The position numbers and the translations under genes were made by a program. A stretch of DNA of 64,000 nucleotides from an uncultured Dehalococcoidia bacterium (GTDB taxonomy: Bacteria > Chloroflexota > Dehalococcoidia > Lucifugimonadales > UBA3495): NCBI GenBank assembly GCA_950072105.1, contig CATMOE010000004.1, positions 1-64,000 of the forward strand, given 5' to 3'. Under the pieces are notes generated by a model. That model ran no database searches. It was not told the DNA's origin and saw nothing but the letters and a program-made list of their open reading frames with translations. Positions 9,526 to 19,692 of the stretch are shown piece after piece. Every line of letters begins with the position of its first letter. Position 1 is the stretch's first letter.

Positions 9526-9662
9526 GTCCATTCTTTAGCAGTTGGGATCCGTATCCGCAGAACCGTATCGACAAGGTCCTTCCACCGAAGGATGCCCCCT
9601 ACATGGGAACATCTGAATCTCACGTCTAAGCGCCGTCCTATGAGGTCGGCGGTGGAGAGCAA

Positions 9663-10550
9663 TTGGAGCTTCTGCGCAGCTTAGTATTCGTGCCCGGCAA
9701 CCGGGCTAACATGCTGGAACGGGCCACCGGTTTCGCGGCCGACGTGATCATGGCGGACCTGGAGGACTCGGTCCCACCCGATGAAAAGGGCAACGCCAGG
9801 GACCTGGCCGCCGAGTGGGTCCCCAAACTTCGCGCCATGGGCCATCGGGTCATGGTCCGGGTCAACGCCCTGGACACGGGGCTGATCCGGGACGACCTGG
9901 CGGCGGTTGTTGGACCTGACTTGGACGGCGTTAGCATCGGTAAGGCCGAGACTCCCCAAGACATGCGGGACGCCGATAGATTGATAAGCTCTCTGGAAGC
10001 CGCGGCTGGGATGGAACGAGGCCACGTAAAAATCGTTCCGTGGATCGAGAATGCCCGCGCCATCGTCAACGCCTATCAGATCGCCATGGCGTCGGACCGC
10101 ATCATCGCGATAGCTTTTGGCGCTGAAGACTACACCGACGACATGGGCCTGGAGCGCAGCGACACCGGCGAAGAGATCTACTATCCCAGAGCGGCGGTAG
10201 CCGTCGCGGCCAGGGCAGCCCGGGTGGAATCGTTGGACGGCCCATATGTCCGATTCCGGGACCCCGACGGTCTTCGACAGGATGCGGGGCAGGCGCGAAA
10301 ACTGGGATTCACCGGTAAATTCGCCATCCATCCCGCCCAGATTGACATAATCAATGAGCTATTCAGCCCTTCAGAAGCAGAGCTGACCTACGCGCGTAAA
10401 GTAGTGGACGCCTGGAGTCAGGCCGAATCCCAAGGCCGGGGTTCGGCCGATCTAGACGGACGAATGATCGACGTCCCGGTGATCAAGCGGGCTCAAAACT
10501 TGCTGGCCTTGGCAGAGTCAATCGCCGATAAGCTGACGGCTAAACGCTGA
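9663..10550 (+). CDS. CitE/HpcH-family acyl-CoA lyase
   Basis: RSLVFVPG, DLEDSV, VRVN, FGAEDY, GK.AIHP.QI, GRMID.P. Confidence 0.9.
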   Translation: MELLRSLVFVPGNRANMLERATGFAADVIMADLEDSVPPDEKGNARDLAAEWVPKLRAMGHRVMVRVNALDTGLIRDDLAAVVGPDLDGVSIGKAETPQDMRDADRLISSLEAAAGMERGHVKIVPWIENARAIVNAYQIAMASDRIIAIAFGAEDYTDDMGLERSDTGEEIYYPRAAVAVAARAARVESLDGPYVRFRDPDGLRQDAGQARKLGFTGKFAIHPAQIDIINELFSPSEAELTYARKVVDAWSQAESQGRGSADLDGRMIDVPVIKRAQNLLALAESIADKLTAKR

Positions 10551-10945
10551 TGGCAAGCCGCTCCAATCTCCCGGATAGAATCATCCTGGAAGGGATGCAA
10601 TTCTATGGGTTCCATGGGGTAAACGCGGAGGAACGGTCCCTGGGCCAATCCTACGTGGTTGACCTGACCGTGGAGATGGATCTGGGGGTCCCTGGCAGAT
10701 CGGACCATTTGGAAGACACCGTGAGCTACACCCACCTTTTCCGGGCGGTGCAAAAGGTGCTGGAAGGGGAGTCGAAAAACCTGCTGGAAGCCACCGCCGA
10801 GGCCGTTGCCAGGAGGATTCTGGAGGAATTTCCAGTAGACGCCGTGCAGGTGCGGGTGAAAAAGCCAAGACCTCCGATAAAAGGGTCGTTTGTTGACAAC
10901 GCCGTGGTGGAGATCTACCGGGTCCGCGATCAAAACCATTCCTGA
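10550..10945 (+). CDS. folB: Dihydroneopterin aldolase
   Basis: FYGFHGV..EE..LGQ, DTVSY, LLEA, V.K. Confidence 0.95.
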   Translation: MASRSNLPDRIILEGMQFYGFHGVNAEERSLGQSYVVDLTVEMDLGVPGRSDHLEDTVSYTHLFRAVQKVLEGESKNLLEATAEAVARRILEEFPVDAVQVRVKKPRPPIKGSFVDNAVVEIYRVRDQNHS

Positions 10946-10981
10946 CCCCGGAAATAAGTCGCTTCGTTACGGAGACTAGCC

Positions 10982-11581
10982 ATGAACGAAAAGGTGCACG
11001 ATTATCACGACGGCAACCGGCAATTGCAGGATAGATTCGACACCCGTCGGCTGGCCGACCATTTGACCGGAAGGGTTACCGAGACCATCGGAGAATCGCA
11101 GAAGGAGTTCATCGAAAAGGCGGACATGTTCTTCCTGGCGACGTGCGACCACAGAGGGCTGCCGACCTGCTCATACAAGGGTGGAGACCCGGGGTTCGTG
11201 CGAGTACTGGATGAAAAGTGGCTCGCTTTCCCGAATTACGATGGTAACGGAAAATTTCAGTCCATGGGCAACTTGCTGAAAAATCCAAATGTCGGCATGT
11301 TATTCGTGGATTTTGAAGGCCAACATCGGCTGCGATTGCAAGGGATCGCCACCATTCTCGACGACGATGAACTACTGTCCCAGTACCCCGAGGCTCAGTT
11401 CATGATTCGCGTCCAGGCGACCGAGGTGTACACCAATTGTCCCCGGTACGTTCACAAGTACCAGTTGGTTGAGCGGTCGGTGTTTGTTCCCAGACAGGGC
11501 CTGGATACCCCGGTGCCGGAGTACAAAAAGCGTGAAGACCTACAGGAGTATCTGCCGGCTAGGGACCGGCGCCCGGTCTAG
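10982..11581 (+). CDS. Pyridoxamine 5'-phosphate oxidase-like flavin-binding protein
   Basis: FFLAT, CSYKGGDPGFVRV, P.YDGNG, NCPRY. Confidence 0.85.
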   Translation: MNEKVHDYHDGNRQLQDRFDTRRLADHLTGRVTETIGESQKEFIEKADMFFLATCDHRGLPTCSYKGGDPGFVRVLDEKWLAFPNYDGNGKFQSMGNLLKNPNVGMLFVDFEGQHRLRLQGIATILDDDELLSQYPEAQFMIRVQATEVYTNCPRYVHKYQLVERSVFVPRQGLDTPVPEYKKREDLQEYLPARDRRPV

Positions 11582-11668
11582 AGCTTTTCTGTTTGCGTGA
11601 TTCAAGGCGTAGCCGGCGGCGGATTCATCGCTCAAGGTAAGCAAATCAGTGGCTACGGTTTCCGCCTC

Positions 11669-11678
11669 GTGGTATACT
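11669..11678 (+). promoter_or_regulatory. Extended -10 promoter candidate for rpmB
   Basis: TGgTATACT ~70 nt upstream of rpmB. Confidence 0.45.
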
Positions 11679-11747
11679 TGAAATCGCCATCCGAGCATGG
11701 CTGGGCGGCTCGGAGCCGGTTAATATTCGAGGATCGGATCAAGCAAT

Positions 11748-11957
11748 ATGAGATGTGACATCTGTTTAAAGGCTGGGATGACCGGCAACAACGTCAGCCA
11801 CTCCAACCGCCACACCAAAACCCGATTCATGGCCAACGTTCACAAGCAGACCCTGGTGCAGGACGGCAAGTCGATCAAGGTTAAGATCTGCACTCGATGC
11901 TTGCGGTCCCTCAGCAAGTCTGCCAAGGTCCGTAAGGCCGTCGCCGCGCTGGCTTAA
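11748..11957 (+). CDS. rpmB: 50S ribosomal protein L28 (Zn-binding type)
   Basis: CxxC..K....GNNVSHS..HTK..F..N, CTRCLR. Confidence 0.95.
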   Translation: MRCDICLKAGMTGNNVSHSNRHTKTRFMANVHKQTLVQDGKSIKVKICTRCLRSLSKSAKVRKAVAALA

Positions 11958-11992
11958 TACCAAAACGGCCAGACCCTGCGGCCTGCGCCGAT

Positions 11993-12682
11993 CTATTCCG
12001 GCTTCAACCCGTGGACGCAGCCATGCATCCGCGCCATCGATTGAGTCACTGGTTCGGCATCGTTAAAGATCGCCGTCCCGGCGACCAAGATGTTTGCCCC
12101 GGCTTTCACCGAGTCTTGGGCCGTCCAGTCCGCCTTCACCCCGCCGTCAACCTCGATCTGCGCCGCATATCCCTGAGATTGAATCGTCCGGTATAGACGT
12201 TTGACTTTGTCCAGGGCTTCCGGGATAAAAGACTGGCCTCCGAAACCGGGATTTACCGTCATCACCAGCACGATATCAAGAAGGGGCAGCACTTCTTCCA
12301 ACGCGGAAATAGGAGTGCCCGGGTTTATTGCCACTCCCACCTGATGCCCCGCCTCTTTTATCTTGGTCACGGTCCGGTGAAGGTGAGGACAGGCCTCGGC
12401 GTGAACCAATATTTGGTCCGACTTCGCTTTCATGAAGAAGGGCAGTAAATCGTCCGGGTTGTGAATCATCAGGTGGATGTTCAAAGGCAGATCGGTGGAG
12501 CGGCGTATGGCGTCGACGATTACCTCACCGAAAGATATGTTGGGCACGAACCGGCCATCCATTACATCCACGTGGATCAAGTCGGCGCCGGCATCGGTAA
12601 CGTCTCGTACCTGCTGTCCCAGGCTGGCGAAGTCCGCGGCTAGGACCGAAGGAGCGATGAGGATTCGTGCTTCAGAGGTCAT
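11993..12682 (-). CDS. rpe: Ribulose-phosphate 3-epimerase
   Basis: APS.L.ADF, HVDVMDG.FVPN, MTVNPGFGGQ, EVDGG. Confidence 0.97.
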   Translation of the reverse strand: MTSEARILIAPSVLAADFASLGQQVRDVTDAGADLIHVDVMDGRFVPNISFGEVIVDAIRRSTDLPLNIHLMIHNPDDLLPFFMKAKSDQILVHAEACPHLHRTVTKIKEAGHQVGVAINPGTPISALEEVLPLLDIVLVMTVNPGFGGQSFIPEALDKVKRLYRTIQSQGYAAQIEVDGGVKADWTAQDSVKAGANILVAGTAIFNDAEPVTQSMARMHGCVHGLKPE

Positions 12683-14021
12683 TGGCGGTTGACTCCAGTA
12701 ATTCTTTGGCGCGGCTCAATTCTTCGGCCACCCGGTTTGGCGCGGTACCCCCTGGATTGTCCCGGGCCGCTGCGGAGGACTCGGCGGTGATGCTATACAC
12801 ATCTTGGTCAAAACTGTCCGAGAAGCAGTGGTACTCTTCCAGGGTAAGATCCTGGAGGTCCTTTCCCTGGGTTTCGCAGTGTCTACACAGTTCTTTGACC
12901 ACGCCGTAAGCTTCCCGGAAAGGCATTCCTTTGTTCACCAGGTAATCGGCCACGTCGGTGGCCAGCATGAAGCTCTCGCCGGCCAGGCCGGCTACTCGCC
13001 CTTCGTCCAGAGTTAGACCTTTAAGCATGTCCGGATAGACCTGGAACGTGGCCAGCAGCGTATCGACGGCGTCGAAAAACCCCTCTTTATCTTCCTGCAA
13101 GTCGCGGTTGTAGGTCATGGGAAGCCCTTTCATCACGGTCAGCAACCCTATCAGATCGCCGTAGACGCGTCCGGTCTTGCCTCTGGCCAACTCGGCAAAG
13201 TCCGGGTTCCTTTTTTGCGGCATGATGCTGCTGCCGGTGGTGAATTCGTCGGAAAGCCGGATGAACCCGAACTCACGGCTAGACCAGAAAACGATCTCCT
13301 CGGAGAGACGAGAAAAGTGCATCATGCAGATGGCCGCCGCCGCCAGATAATCCAAGAGAAAGTCTCGGTCTGAGACTGCGTCCATGCTGTTGGCGCTGAC
13401 CTCCCGAAAACCCAACTCTTGGGCCAAAAAATCCCGGTCGGAAGGGTAGGCCACTCCAGCTAACGCGCCGCTTCCCAGAGGAAGAACGTCGGTGCGGCGG
13501 TAGCAGTCGCAGAACCGGTCGATGTCCCGTTGGAACATCTGAAAGTAAGCCAGCAAGTGGTGGGCGAACAGCACCGGCTGCGCCCGCTGCAGATGAGTGT
13601 ATCCCGGCATGATCACGGTCTGATACCGGGTGGCCAGGGCTAACAACGATCCCTGTGTCGCGCGCAAACCTTGTACGGTTTCCTTGAGAACGTCCTTGGT
13701 ATAGAGACGCATATCCAGGGCGACCTGATCATTACGGGAACGCCCAGTGTGCAGACGTCCGGCGGCCGGGCCGATCAGCGCATGCAGCCGGCTTTCGATG
13801 TTCATGTGCAGGTCTTCCAGAGTCTCGTCCCAAGGAAACTTATCCTCTTGAATCTCCTGACGCACCTTTCCCAGGCCATCAACGATCAGCCCGGCGTCCT
13901 CTTCGCTGATGATCCCCTGCTTGCCCAGCATTCGGGCGTGAGCGATGGACCCGGCGATGTCATGGCGGTAAAGCCTCCGGTCGTAGTGGATGGAAACCGT
14001 GTAGTTAGTGTAGTTGGTCAT
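12672..14021 (-). CDS. argH: Argininosuccinate lyase
   Basis: LHTGRSRNDQV, PGYTHLQRAQP, GSSIMPQKRNPD. Confidence 0.98.
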   Translation of the reverse strand: MTNYTNYTVSIHYDRRLYRHDIAGSIAHARMLGKQGIISEEDAGLIVDGLGKVRQEIQEDKFPWDETLEDLHMNIESRLHALIGPAAGRLHTGRSRNDQVALDMRLYTKDVLKETVQGLRATQGSLLALATRYQTVIMPGYTHLQRAQPVLFAHHLLAYFQMFQRDIDRFCDCYRRTDVLPLGSGALAGVAYPSDRDFLAQELGFREVSANSMDAVSDRDFLLDYLAAAAICMMHFSRLSEEIVFWSSREFGFIRLSDEFTTGSSIMPQKRNPDFAELARGKTGRVYGDLIGLLTVMKGLPMTYNRDLQEDKEGFFDAVDTLLATFQVYPDMLKGLTLDEGRVAGLAGESFMLATDVADYLVNKGMPFREAYGVVKELCRHCETQGKDLQDLTLEEYHCFSDSFDQDVYSITAESSAAARDNPGGTAPNRVAEELSRAKELLESTANDL

Positions 14022-14063
14022 TTGAGAACTAACCGCATATTCTCACTGAAATACCCGCCTAGT

Positions 14064-14879
14064 CTAGGACTGCAGATAGGCGAAGCTGGCCGATAAGTTT
14101 TCCAGCACTTGTTCGTGGGGTGGGATTTCCATGATTGCCGGCCCTTGGTAGTTCTTAGCCTCCAATAGTTGCAACATCTTCAAACAATCCAGGTCGCCGG
14201 TATCTACTGTGGGATGCGCCCGGCCGTCCCGGGCCTGTTTGAAGTGTACGATCTTGAGCATGTCCAGCGGTACCGCGTCTAGCTCTGCCAACGGGTCGCT
14301 CTCAGGATAGCGCCGCAATTGGTTGGTGGCGTCGGGGCAAAGTCCAAGGTAAGCGCCCTCCTCATCCGAGAGCTGCTTCCGGGCTTCGCTGACCAGAAGT
14401 GCCATGCTGCGAATGGGCTGTCCCGAATTCTCCATGGAGAGGATAACGCCCTGACTGGCCGCCTCCCGGGCTAACTCCGTCACGCCCAGGGCTTCCGGTG
14501 GTATGTCCTCTACCTTCTCCCATGCCTGATCGAAGGGACTGGGGTCGACGATTCTCAGGTGAGGCGTATGCCGGCCCACCAGCTTGGCTGCTTCCAATGC
14601 GGCTTGGAACTGTTCACCGCTGGGGTCAGACCTCTTCGTCAAGCACGGCCAAGCCATCGCTAGGTCGAAGTCTAAGTCCGGGAATGAGTCTACCAAGGCC
14701 TGCAAGCGGGGTAAGACCGGGCGCCAGTTTTCGCCTTCGCCAGATTCGCAGTCTCCCAAACAGGTCTGCCTGAGCTCGATGTGTTTTGCGCCTCTGGTTT
14801 TGGCGTCGGACACCAAGTCTGGCAGGTCCGTGTCGTTCAATTGAATTTTCCAGGAATTCGTGATCGCTCCGAAAATCAT
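14064..14879 (-). CDS. Xylose isomerase-like TIM-barrel protein
   Basis: IEL, MEN, D..N, HFK, GDLD, MEI pattern. Confidence 0.6.
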   Translation of the reverse strand: MIFGAITNSWKIQLNDTDLPDLVSDAKTRGAKHIELRQTCLGDCESGEGENWRPVLPRLQALVDSFPDLDFDLAMAWPCLTKRSDPSGEQFQAALEAAKLVGRHTPHLRIVDPSPFDQAWEKVEDIPPEALGVTELAREAASQGVILSMENSGQPIRSMALLVSEARKQLSDEEGAYLGLCPDATNQLRRYPESDPLAELDAVPLDMLKIVHFKQARDGRAHPTVDTGDLDCLKMLQLLEAKNYQGPAIMEIPPHEQVLENLSASFAYLQS

Positions 14880-15203
14880 CTTCGCCGCCTCTATAGAGTT
14901 TGTATTTTGGGTTTATTCTCCCCACCGGTTGGCTGAGCGAGCCCGATGCCGGATCCGGGGCGGAGAAAATATGCCTTGCCAACTCAATCGCTATGCCCAA
15001 TATATTATGCGGCAGGCCCCTTTGTCACTAGGTTGGCCGCCGGGCTGCGGTTGCGCCGGCGACCGGGAAGCCATTGTCTGTGCTAAGATTCAGTATCGAT
15101 TTTGGTGAATCTCACCACTAGGCTGACCCGGAATAGGCTGGCCTATCGAACCTATGATTACTTGGTGAATCACTACGTCTATCTTGTTGCCAGGGGGCTA
15201 GTG

Positions 15204-15563
15204 ATGACTCAACTCAATCAGGAAAGATGCGTGGCCTGCCGCCGGGACTCGCCTCCCGTGGAGCAGGAAGAGGTGGCAGAATTGCATGCCCAAGTGTCTG
15301 ATTGGGACTTGATTTCGGAAGATGGGATCAGCAAGCTGGACCGAGTTTTCAAGTTCGACAACTTCCAGCACGCCCTGGATTTCACCAACGAAGTTGGAAG
15401 TCTGGCCGAATCCGAGGGGCATCATCCCCGATTGACTACCGAGTGGGGACGGGTTGCCGTCACTTGGTGGACGCACAAGATCCGCAACCTTCATCGCAAC
15501 GATTTCGTTATGGCTGCTAAGTCCGATCAGATTTACCGGGATTTGGTGGCTGACGATACTTAA
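15204..15563 (+). CDS. phhB: Pterin-4-alpha-carbinolamine dehydratase
   Basis: F.F.NF..AL.F...VG.LAE.EGHHP, WWTH, DFVMAAK.D; start at the internal ATG. Confidence 0.92.
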   Translation: MTQLNQERCVACRRDSPPVEQEEVAELHAQVSDWDLISEDGISKLDRVFKFDNFQHALDFTNEVGSLAESEGHHPRLTTEWGRVAVTWWTHKIRNLHRNDFVMAAKSDQIYRDLVADDT

Positions 15564-15693
15564 CCGCTTTTCTTGGGGCGGGCTTCCCAAACAAGATTGG
15601 CCGGTGAGATAAAATCATGCTGATCTGTGCCATCGCTGGGACATTGTCCCGTAAATACCAGCATGTATTCATGTCTGGCGCCGGCTTGGGATT

Positions 15694-17697
15694 TTGACGG
15701 GATATATCGAGGCCAACGCAGATTTCGACACGGCCGTCATGGAGGCCGGCGACCGGTTTGTGTCCCAGGTCCAACCAGTGCTTCATCCCCGAAGCCTGGC
15801 GGTTGTCTTATTGAACTCTGAGGGTCATCCAGGCCAGGTGGCATTCACTTGGGGTCCTCCGCACCGCTGCGGAACCTCCCATGGCGCGTCCTTGCCCCAT
15901 AACCCCAGCCTTGCTGATATCCCGGAACATTCGCTGCGAATAAACCTCCAAGGACAGGAAGGTAGTTTAGGCGCGGTTCTGTTCCGCGGTGATTTCCCCC
16001 ATGGGTGCGGCTATGAGCAGGCGGAACCGCTTCAAGCCATCACCCGGCAATTGGCGTTGACGCTGGAGAATATCCAGTTGAAGGAACGTCTGCGCCGCAA
16101 GTCGATCGAAAACCAGGCTTTGGAGAACATCGCGTCTTTGTTTGCCGCCAACCTGCCACCCGGTCCCCTGTATCGGCGTTTCGCGGACGAAGTTAAGCAG
16201 TTGATGCACTACGACAGAATCACTTTCTATCTGTCCGATGAGCCGGGCGGCAACTTGAGCCGGGTCTGTCAGCTTGGTCTAGGGGTTTGCCGCAGCGAAC
16301 CTGGACCAAATCAAGATCTTGGCGGCGCGGCCTGGGAGTCGCTTGTTTCAAGCGGGACGGGTTTGATGATTCAGGACAAACCCCAACTCGGTCCCTCCCT
16401 TTGGCCAGATTTGGGCGACAATGCCGATCTCAGATCGGCATTGATAGTTTCCGTCCGCCACTCAGGTGAAGTTGCCGCTGTTGTTGCGTTGGAAAGCCAA
16501 TGGCCAAATGCCTATGGGCCGGCCGAGCTGGGCCTTTTGTCCAAGGCCGCGGAACTCCTGACGCCTTGGGTAGCAAATCTCCGCTTGGATAACGAGCTGC
16601 AAGGAAAGGCTAAAGAGTTGGCCGTCATCGACGAGATGGGGAAGGCACCAGGCTCTTTGGACGGACTGGAAAGGGTGTTTGGGCATATGGCTAAGGCGGT
16701 CAACGAGTTGATTCCATTTGACCATGCCACCGTGACCTGGATCGACCCGGCTGCCAGCGAACTCAGCGCTCTGCATTGGCCTGGTGGCGCTAGCAGGGCA
16801 GTGTACTTCAACAACGTCGATTGCCGCAGATTACAAACCTGTTTGCCGTTTGGTAATCAAGAGATAGGCGCTTTGTCTTTGACCCGTGAAGGCGGATCAG
16901 AGTTTACCGCCGAAGACTCTAGAGTTCTGGAACGGCTCGCCCTACTGGTTGCTCCGGTGGTCCAGAACGCGCGGTTTGCCATTCAAAGAGCGAAGGCGGG
17001 AGATGGACCGGCCCTACAAGTACAACGGTCAAAGAGGGCCGGCACCGTCCATGAGTTGCGGGCGCCGCTAACCGCTATTAAAGGCTACAGCAGCGCCTTG
17101 CTGCAGCCGGACGTTAACTGGCCGCCGAAGATTTACCGGGAGTTCCTGGAAACTATCGATCGGGAAACCGGCCGCTTAGACGATGTGGTTGGTGATTTGT
17201 TGCTAGCCGCCGATAGTCATCCAGACGTGCTAAGTCTCAATCTTCAACACGCCAGTATCGACGTCCTGTTTGATCTGGCGCAAGCCGATCTGGAGTTAGT
17301 CGATTGGTCTAAGACGGTAACATTTCAATGCGAGCCTGGCTTACCCGTGGCGCTGGTGGATCCTACTTGCCTGGTTCGGGCGCTGGGACACCTGATTCGC
17401 TGCGCAGCCGAGTGCACCGTGCCCGGAAAGGCGATCCAGGTTAAGGCGTGCCGGAGACAAAGCGGACCGGTCATCGTGATAGGGACGGTTAACCCACTCC
17501 GGCCCGGAAAGCCCAGCTCCAGGGGGCAACAAGCCCCTTCTTCGCATACGGATAACCGCCCGGCCCGAAGCTCTTTGGCTAATGACCTTCGCGTGATTGT
17601 TTCTAGAAATCTGCTTGATGCCCACGGCGTGAAGCTCCTGATCTTGCCAAAGGGACGGCCAACAGAGGTATTCAGTTTCCCCATTCCGCTCTTCTAA
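15694..17697 (+). CDS. Multi-GAF sensor with HisKA domain and degenerate HATPase
   Basis: GAF-like repeats, HELRAPLTAIKGY H-box; N, G1 and G2 boxes not recognisable; start uncertain. Confidence 0.75.
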   Translation: MTGYIEANADFDTAVMEAGDRFVSQVQPVLHPRSLAVVLLNSEGHPGQVAFTWGPPHRCGTSHGASLPHNPSLADIPEHSLRINLQGQEGSLGAVLFRGDFPHGCGYEQAEPLQAITRQLALTLENIQLKERLRRKSIENQALENIASLFAANLPPGPLYRRFADEVKQLMHYDRITFYLSDEPGGNLSRVCQLGLGVCRSEPGPNQDLGGAAWESLVSSGTGLMIQDKPQLGPSLWPDLGDNADLRSALIVSVRHSGEVAAVVALESQWPNAYGPAELGLLSKAAELLTPWVANLRLDNELQGKAKELAVIDEMGKAPGSLDGLERVFGHMAKAVNELIPFDHATVTWIDPAASELSALHWPGGASRAVYFNNVDCRRLQTCLPFGNQEIGALSLTREGGSEFTAEDSRVLERLALLVAPVVQNARFAIQRAKAGDGPALQVQRSKRAGTVHELRAPLTAIKGYSSALLQPDVNWPPKIYREFLETIDRETGRLDDVVGDLLLAADSHPDVLSLNLQHASIDVLFDLAQADLELVDWSKTVTFQCEPGLPVALVDPTCLVRALGHLIRCAAECTVPGKAIQVKACRRQSGPVIVIGTVNPLRPGKPSSRGQQAPSSHTDNRPARSSLANDLRVIVSRNLLDAHGVKLLILPKGRPTEVFSFPIPLF

Positions 17698-17804
17698 CCC
17701 GGCAGGGTCGAACTTGATTCCTTCCTGCCGATTCATTTCCTCGAGACATTCTCAGATGTCATTGTGCTAACATCTGTCGTGTTATTTCCATCTTGGGGGC
17801 CTTC

Positions 17805-18827
17805 ATGCTCGTCAACTACCGGTTGAGTTCCAAGGAGTTAAGCGGTGTTCCCGGCGAGGCCGCCTGGGCCGAATCGATGGGATATGACGGCGTATCCAGC
17901 AGCGAAACCGCCCACGACCCGTTTCTGCCCCTGGTGCTGGCCGCCACGTCTACATCACGGGTGACTTTGGCCACCAGCGTGGCCATCGCCTTCCCGCGCT
18001 CACCGATGGTGACCGCTCACACCAGCAGGGATCTGCAGGATCTTTCCCAGGGCCGTTTTCGATTGGGATTGGGGACTCAGGTTAAAGGACACATCGAGCG
18101 GCGGTTCTCGACGATATGGGAGGCCCCTGGGCCAAAACTGCGGGAGTACGTTCAGTCCCTGCGGCATATCTGGGATTGTTGGGCAACGGGGAGCAAGCTG
18201 GATTATCAAGGGAAGTACTACCAGTTCTCTCTGATGACGCCCTTCTTTAACCCTGGTCCCAGCCTCTATCCGGCGCCAACAGTCTTCACTGGGGCCGTGA
18301 ACGCTTATAACTGCCAAGTGGCCGGCGAAGTTTGCGACGGTTTGATGCTGCACAGCCTTACTTCGGCGGAGTACGTGCGCAACGTAGTTCGCCCCGGTCT
18401 GGAAAAAGGAGCCGAGAAGGCCGGCCGTGAAGGACCGCCAGCCCGGCTAACCGGTAGCGGCTTCATCATCACCGGGCCGAACCAAAGCAGCATCCGCGCC
18501 GCCACGGCCGAAGTGCGCCGCCGCATCGCTTTCTACGCCTCCACCAGGACCTACTTCCCGGTATTGGAAGCCCACGGGTTCGAGGAGATCGGGGTCCAAC
18601 TGCACCAGATGTCCCTAAAGGGCGAATGGGCGGAGATGGGCGAGTTGATCAGTGATGAAATGGTGGACGCTTTCGCCGTGACCGGCGAGTACGACGAGAT
18701 AGCCGGAAGATTCCTGGAAAGGTACGGAGACTTATTGGACGACGTTAATTTCTCACCCTCGACCGATGGGCCCATAGAAGAAGTCCAATTACGCCGGATA
18801 ATCCAGCAACTCCAGGACGGCGCCTAA
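17805..18827 (+). CDS. LLM-class, probably F420-dependent, oxidoreductase
   Basis: ETAHDPFLPL, AIAFPRSP, LGLGTQVK.HIERRF, FYASTR.Y. Confidence 0.88.
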   Translation: MLVNYRLSSKELSGVPGEAAWAESMGYDGVSSSETAHDPFLPLVLAATSTSRVTLATSVAIAFPRSPMVTAHTSRDLQDLSQGRFRLGLGTQVKGHIERRFSTIWEAPGPKLREYVQSLRHIWDCWATGSKLDYQGKYYQFSLMTPFFNPGPSLYPAPTVFTGAVNAYNCQVAGEVCDGLMLHSLTSAEYVRNVVRPGLEKGAEKAGREGPPARLTGSGFIITGPNQSSIRAATAEVRRRIAFYASTRTYFPVLEAHGFEEIGVQLHQMSLKGEWAEMGELISDEMVDAFAVTGEYDEIAGRFLERYGDLLDDVNFSPSTDGPIEEVQLRRIIQQLQDGA

Positions 18828-18853
18828 CGGTCGTCTCCTGACGGCTGACGGGT

Positions 18854-18934
18854 CCTTCGACAGGCTCAGGACGAACGGGCTCAGGATGAACGGGAAAGCG
18901 GCCTCCCACCGTTCGTGGTGAGCTTGTCGAACCA
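18854..18934. repeat. REP-like inverted pair between convergent genes
   Basis: CCTTCGACAGGCTCAGGACGAACGG ... CCGTTCGTGGTGAGCTTGTCGAACC, with a partial tandem duplicate at 18879-18893. Confidence 0.8.
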
Positions 18935-18948
18935 CTTTGGCATACTTG

Positions 18949-19692
18949 CTAACAACTCAGATATTGCCAATCCCTGGACCCAATCTCAAACCGGATGCGG
19001 CGAAACCCTTCGGCATAGGGAATTCCAGCCTTCTCCCCGCTCCGGACCGCTCCATTCGTCACCCGCTCAAGCCGGCCTTCCACGGGGCCGCGCATCTGGC
19101 TGGCGTGTTTGGTCAGGGAGTCGGCCTTCATCTGCAGGTACTCCGAGACATCCACGAAAACGTCGGGATCCTCGCTACCCCATAGATAAACTTCGGTGAC
19201 GCGATGTGGCTCCAACCCCTCTTTGGTGATCTGTTCCGGAAAGTGCCGTTCGTTCCAAGCGTAAGTGAACGCCGAATCCACCGCCACCTGGCCGCTCATA
19301 CGATGGTCACGGTGGGTGTGGCTGATGCTGCGGTAGGGGTCGATTGCCATGATGATGTCTGGCTTGTACATCCGGATGGCCCGCACCACCTGGCTGCGAA
19401 ACAACATGGTGTCTTCCAAACCGCCGTCGGGATGAGAGAGGAAAACCACGTACGCGGCCCCCATAACATCGGAGGCTTCCTGCTGCTCCCGCTCCCGGGT
19501 TGCCGCCAACAACTCTGGCGTCATGTCTCGATCCGAGGTGCCTTTGTCGCCGTTGGTGCAGAGGACTACCACCACCTCCGTCTCGGATTCACGGATCCAC
19601 TTTGATAGGGTGCCACCGCAGCCCCCCTCACAATCGTCCGGATGAGGGGTCACCGCCAGGGCCCGTCTGGGCCCTTCTTTTATGATTTCCAT
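18949..19692 (-). CDS. PIG-L/LmbE-family deacetylase
   Basis: PHPDD, TNGDKG, R..EQ..A, HRDH, H.SQ, AE.F. Confidence 0.92.
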   Translation of the reverse strand: MEIIKEGPRRALAVTPHPDDCEGGCGGTLSKWIRESETEVVVVLCTNGDKGTSDRDMTPELLAATREREQQEASDVMGAAYVVFLSHPDGGLEDTMLFRSQVVRAIRMYKPDIIMAIDPYRSISHTHRDHRMSGQVAVDSAFTYAWNERHFPEQITKEGLEPHRVTEVYLWGSEDPDVFVDVSEYLQMKADSLTKHASQMRGPVEGRLERVTNGAVRSGEKAGIPYAEGFRRIRFEIGSRDWQYLSC

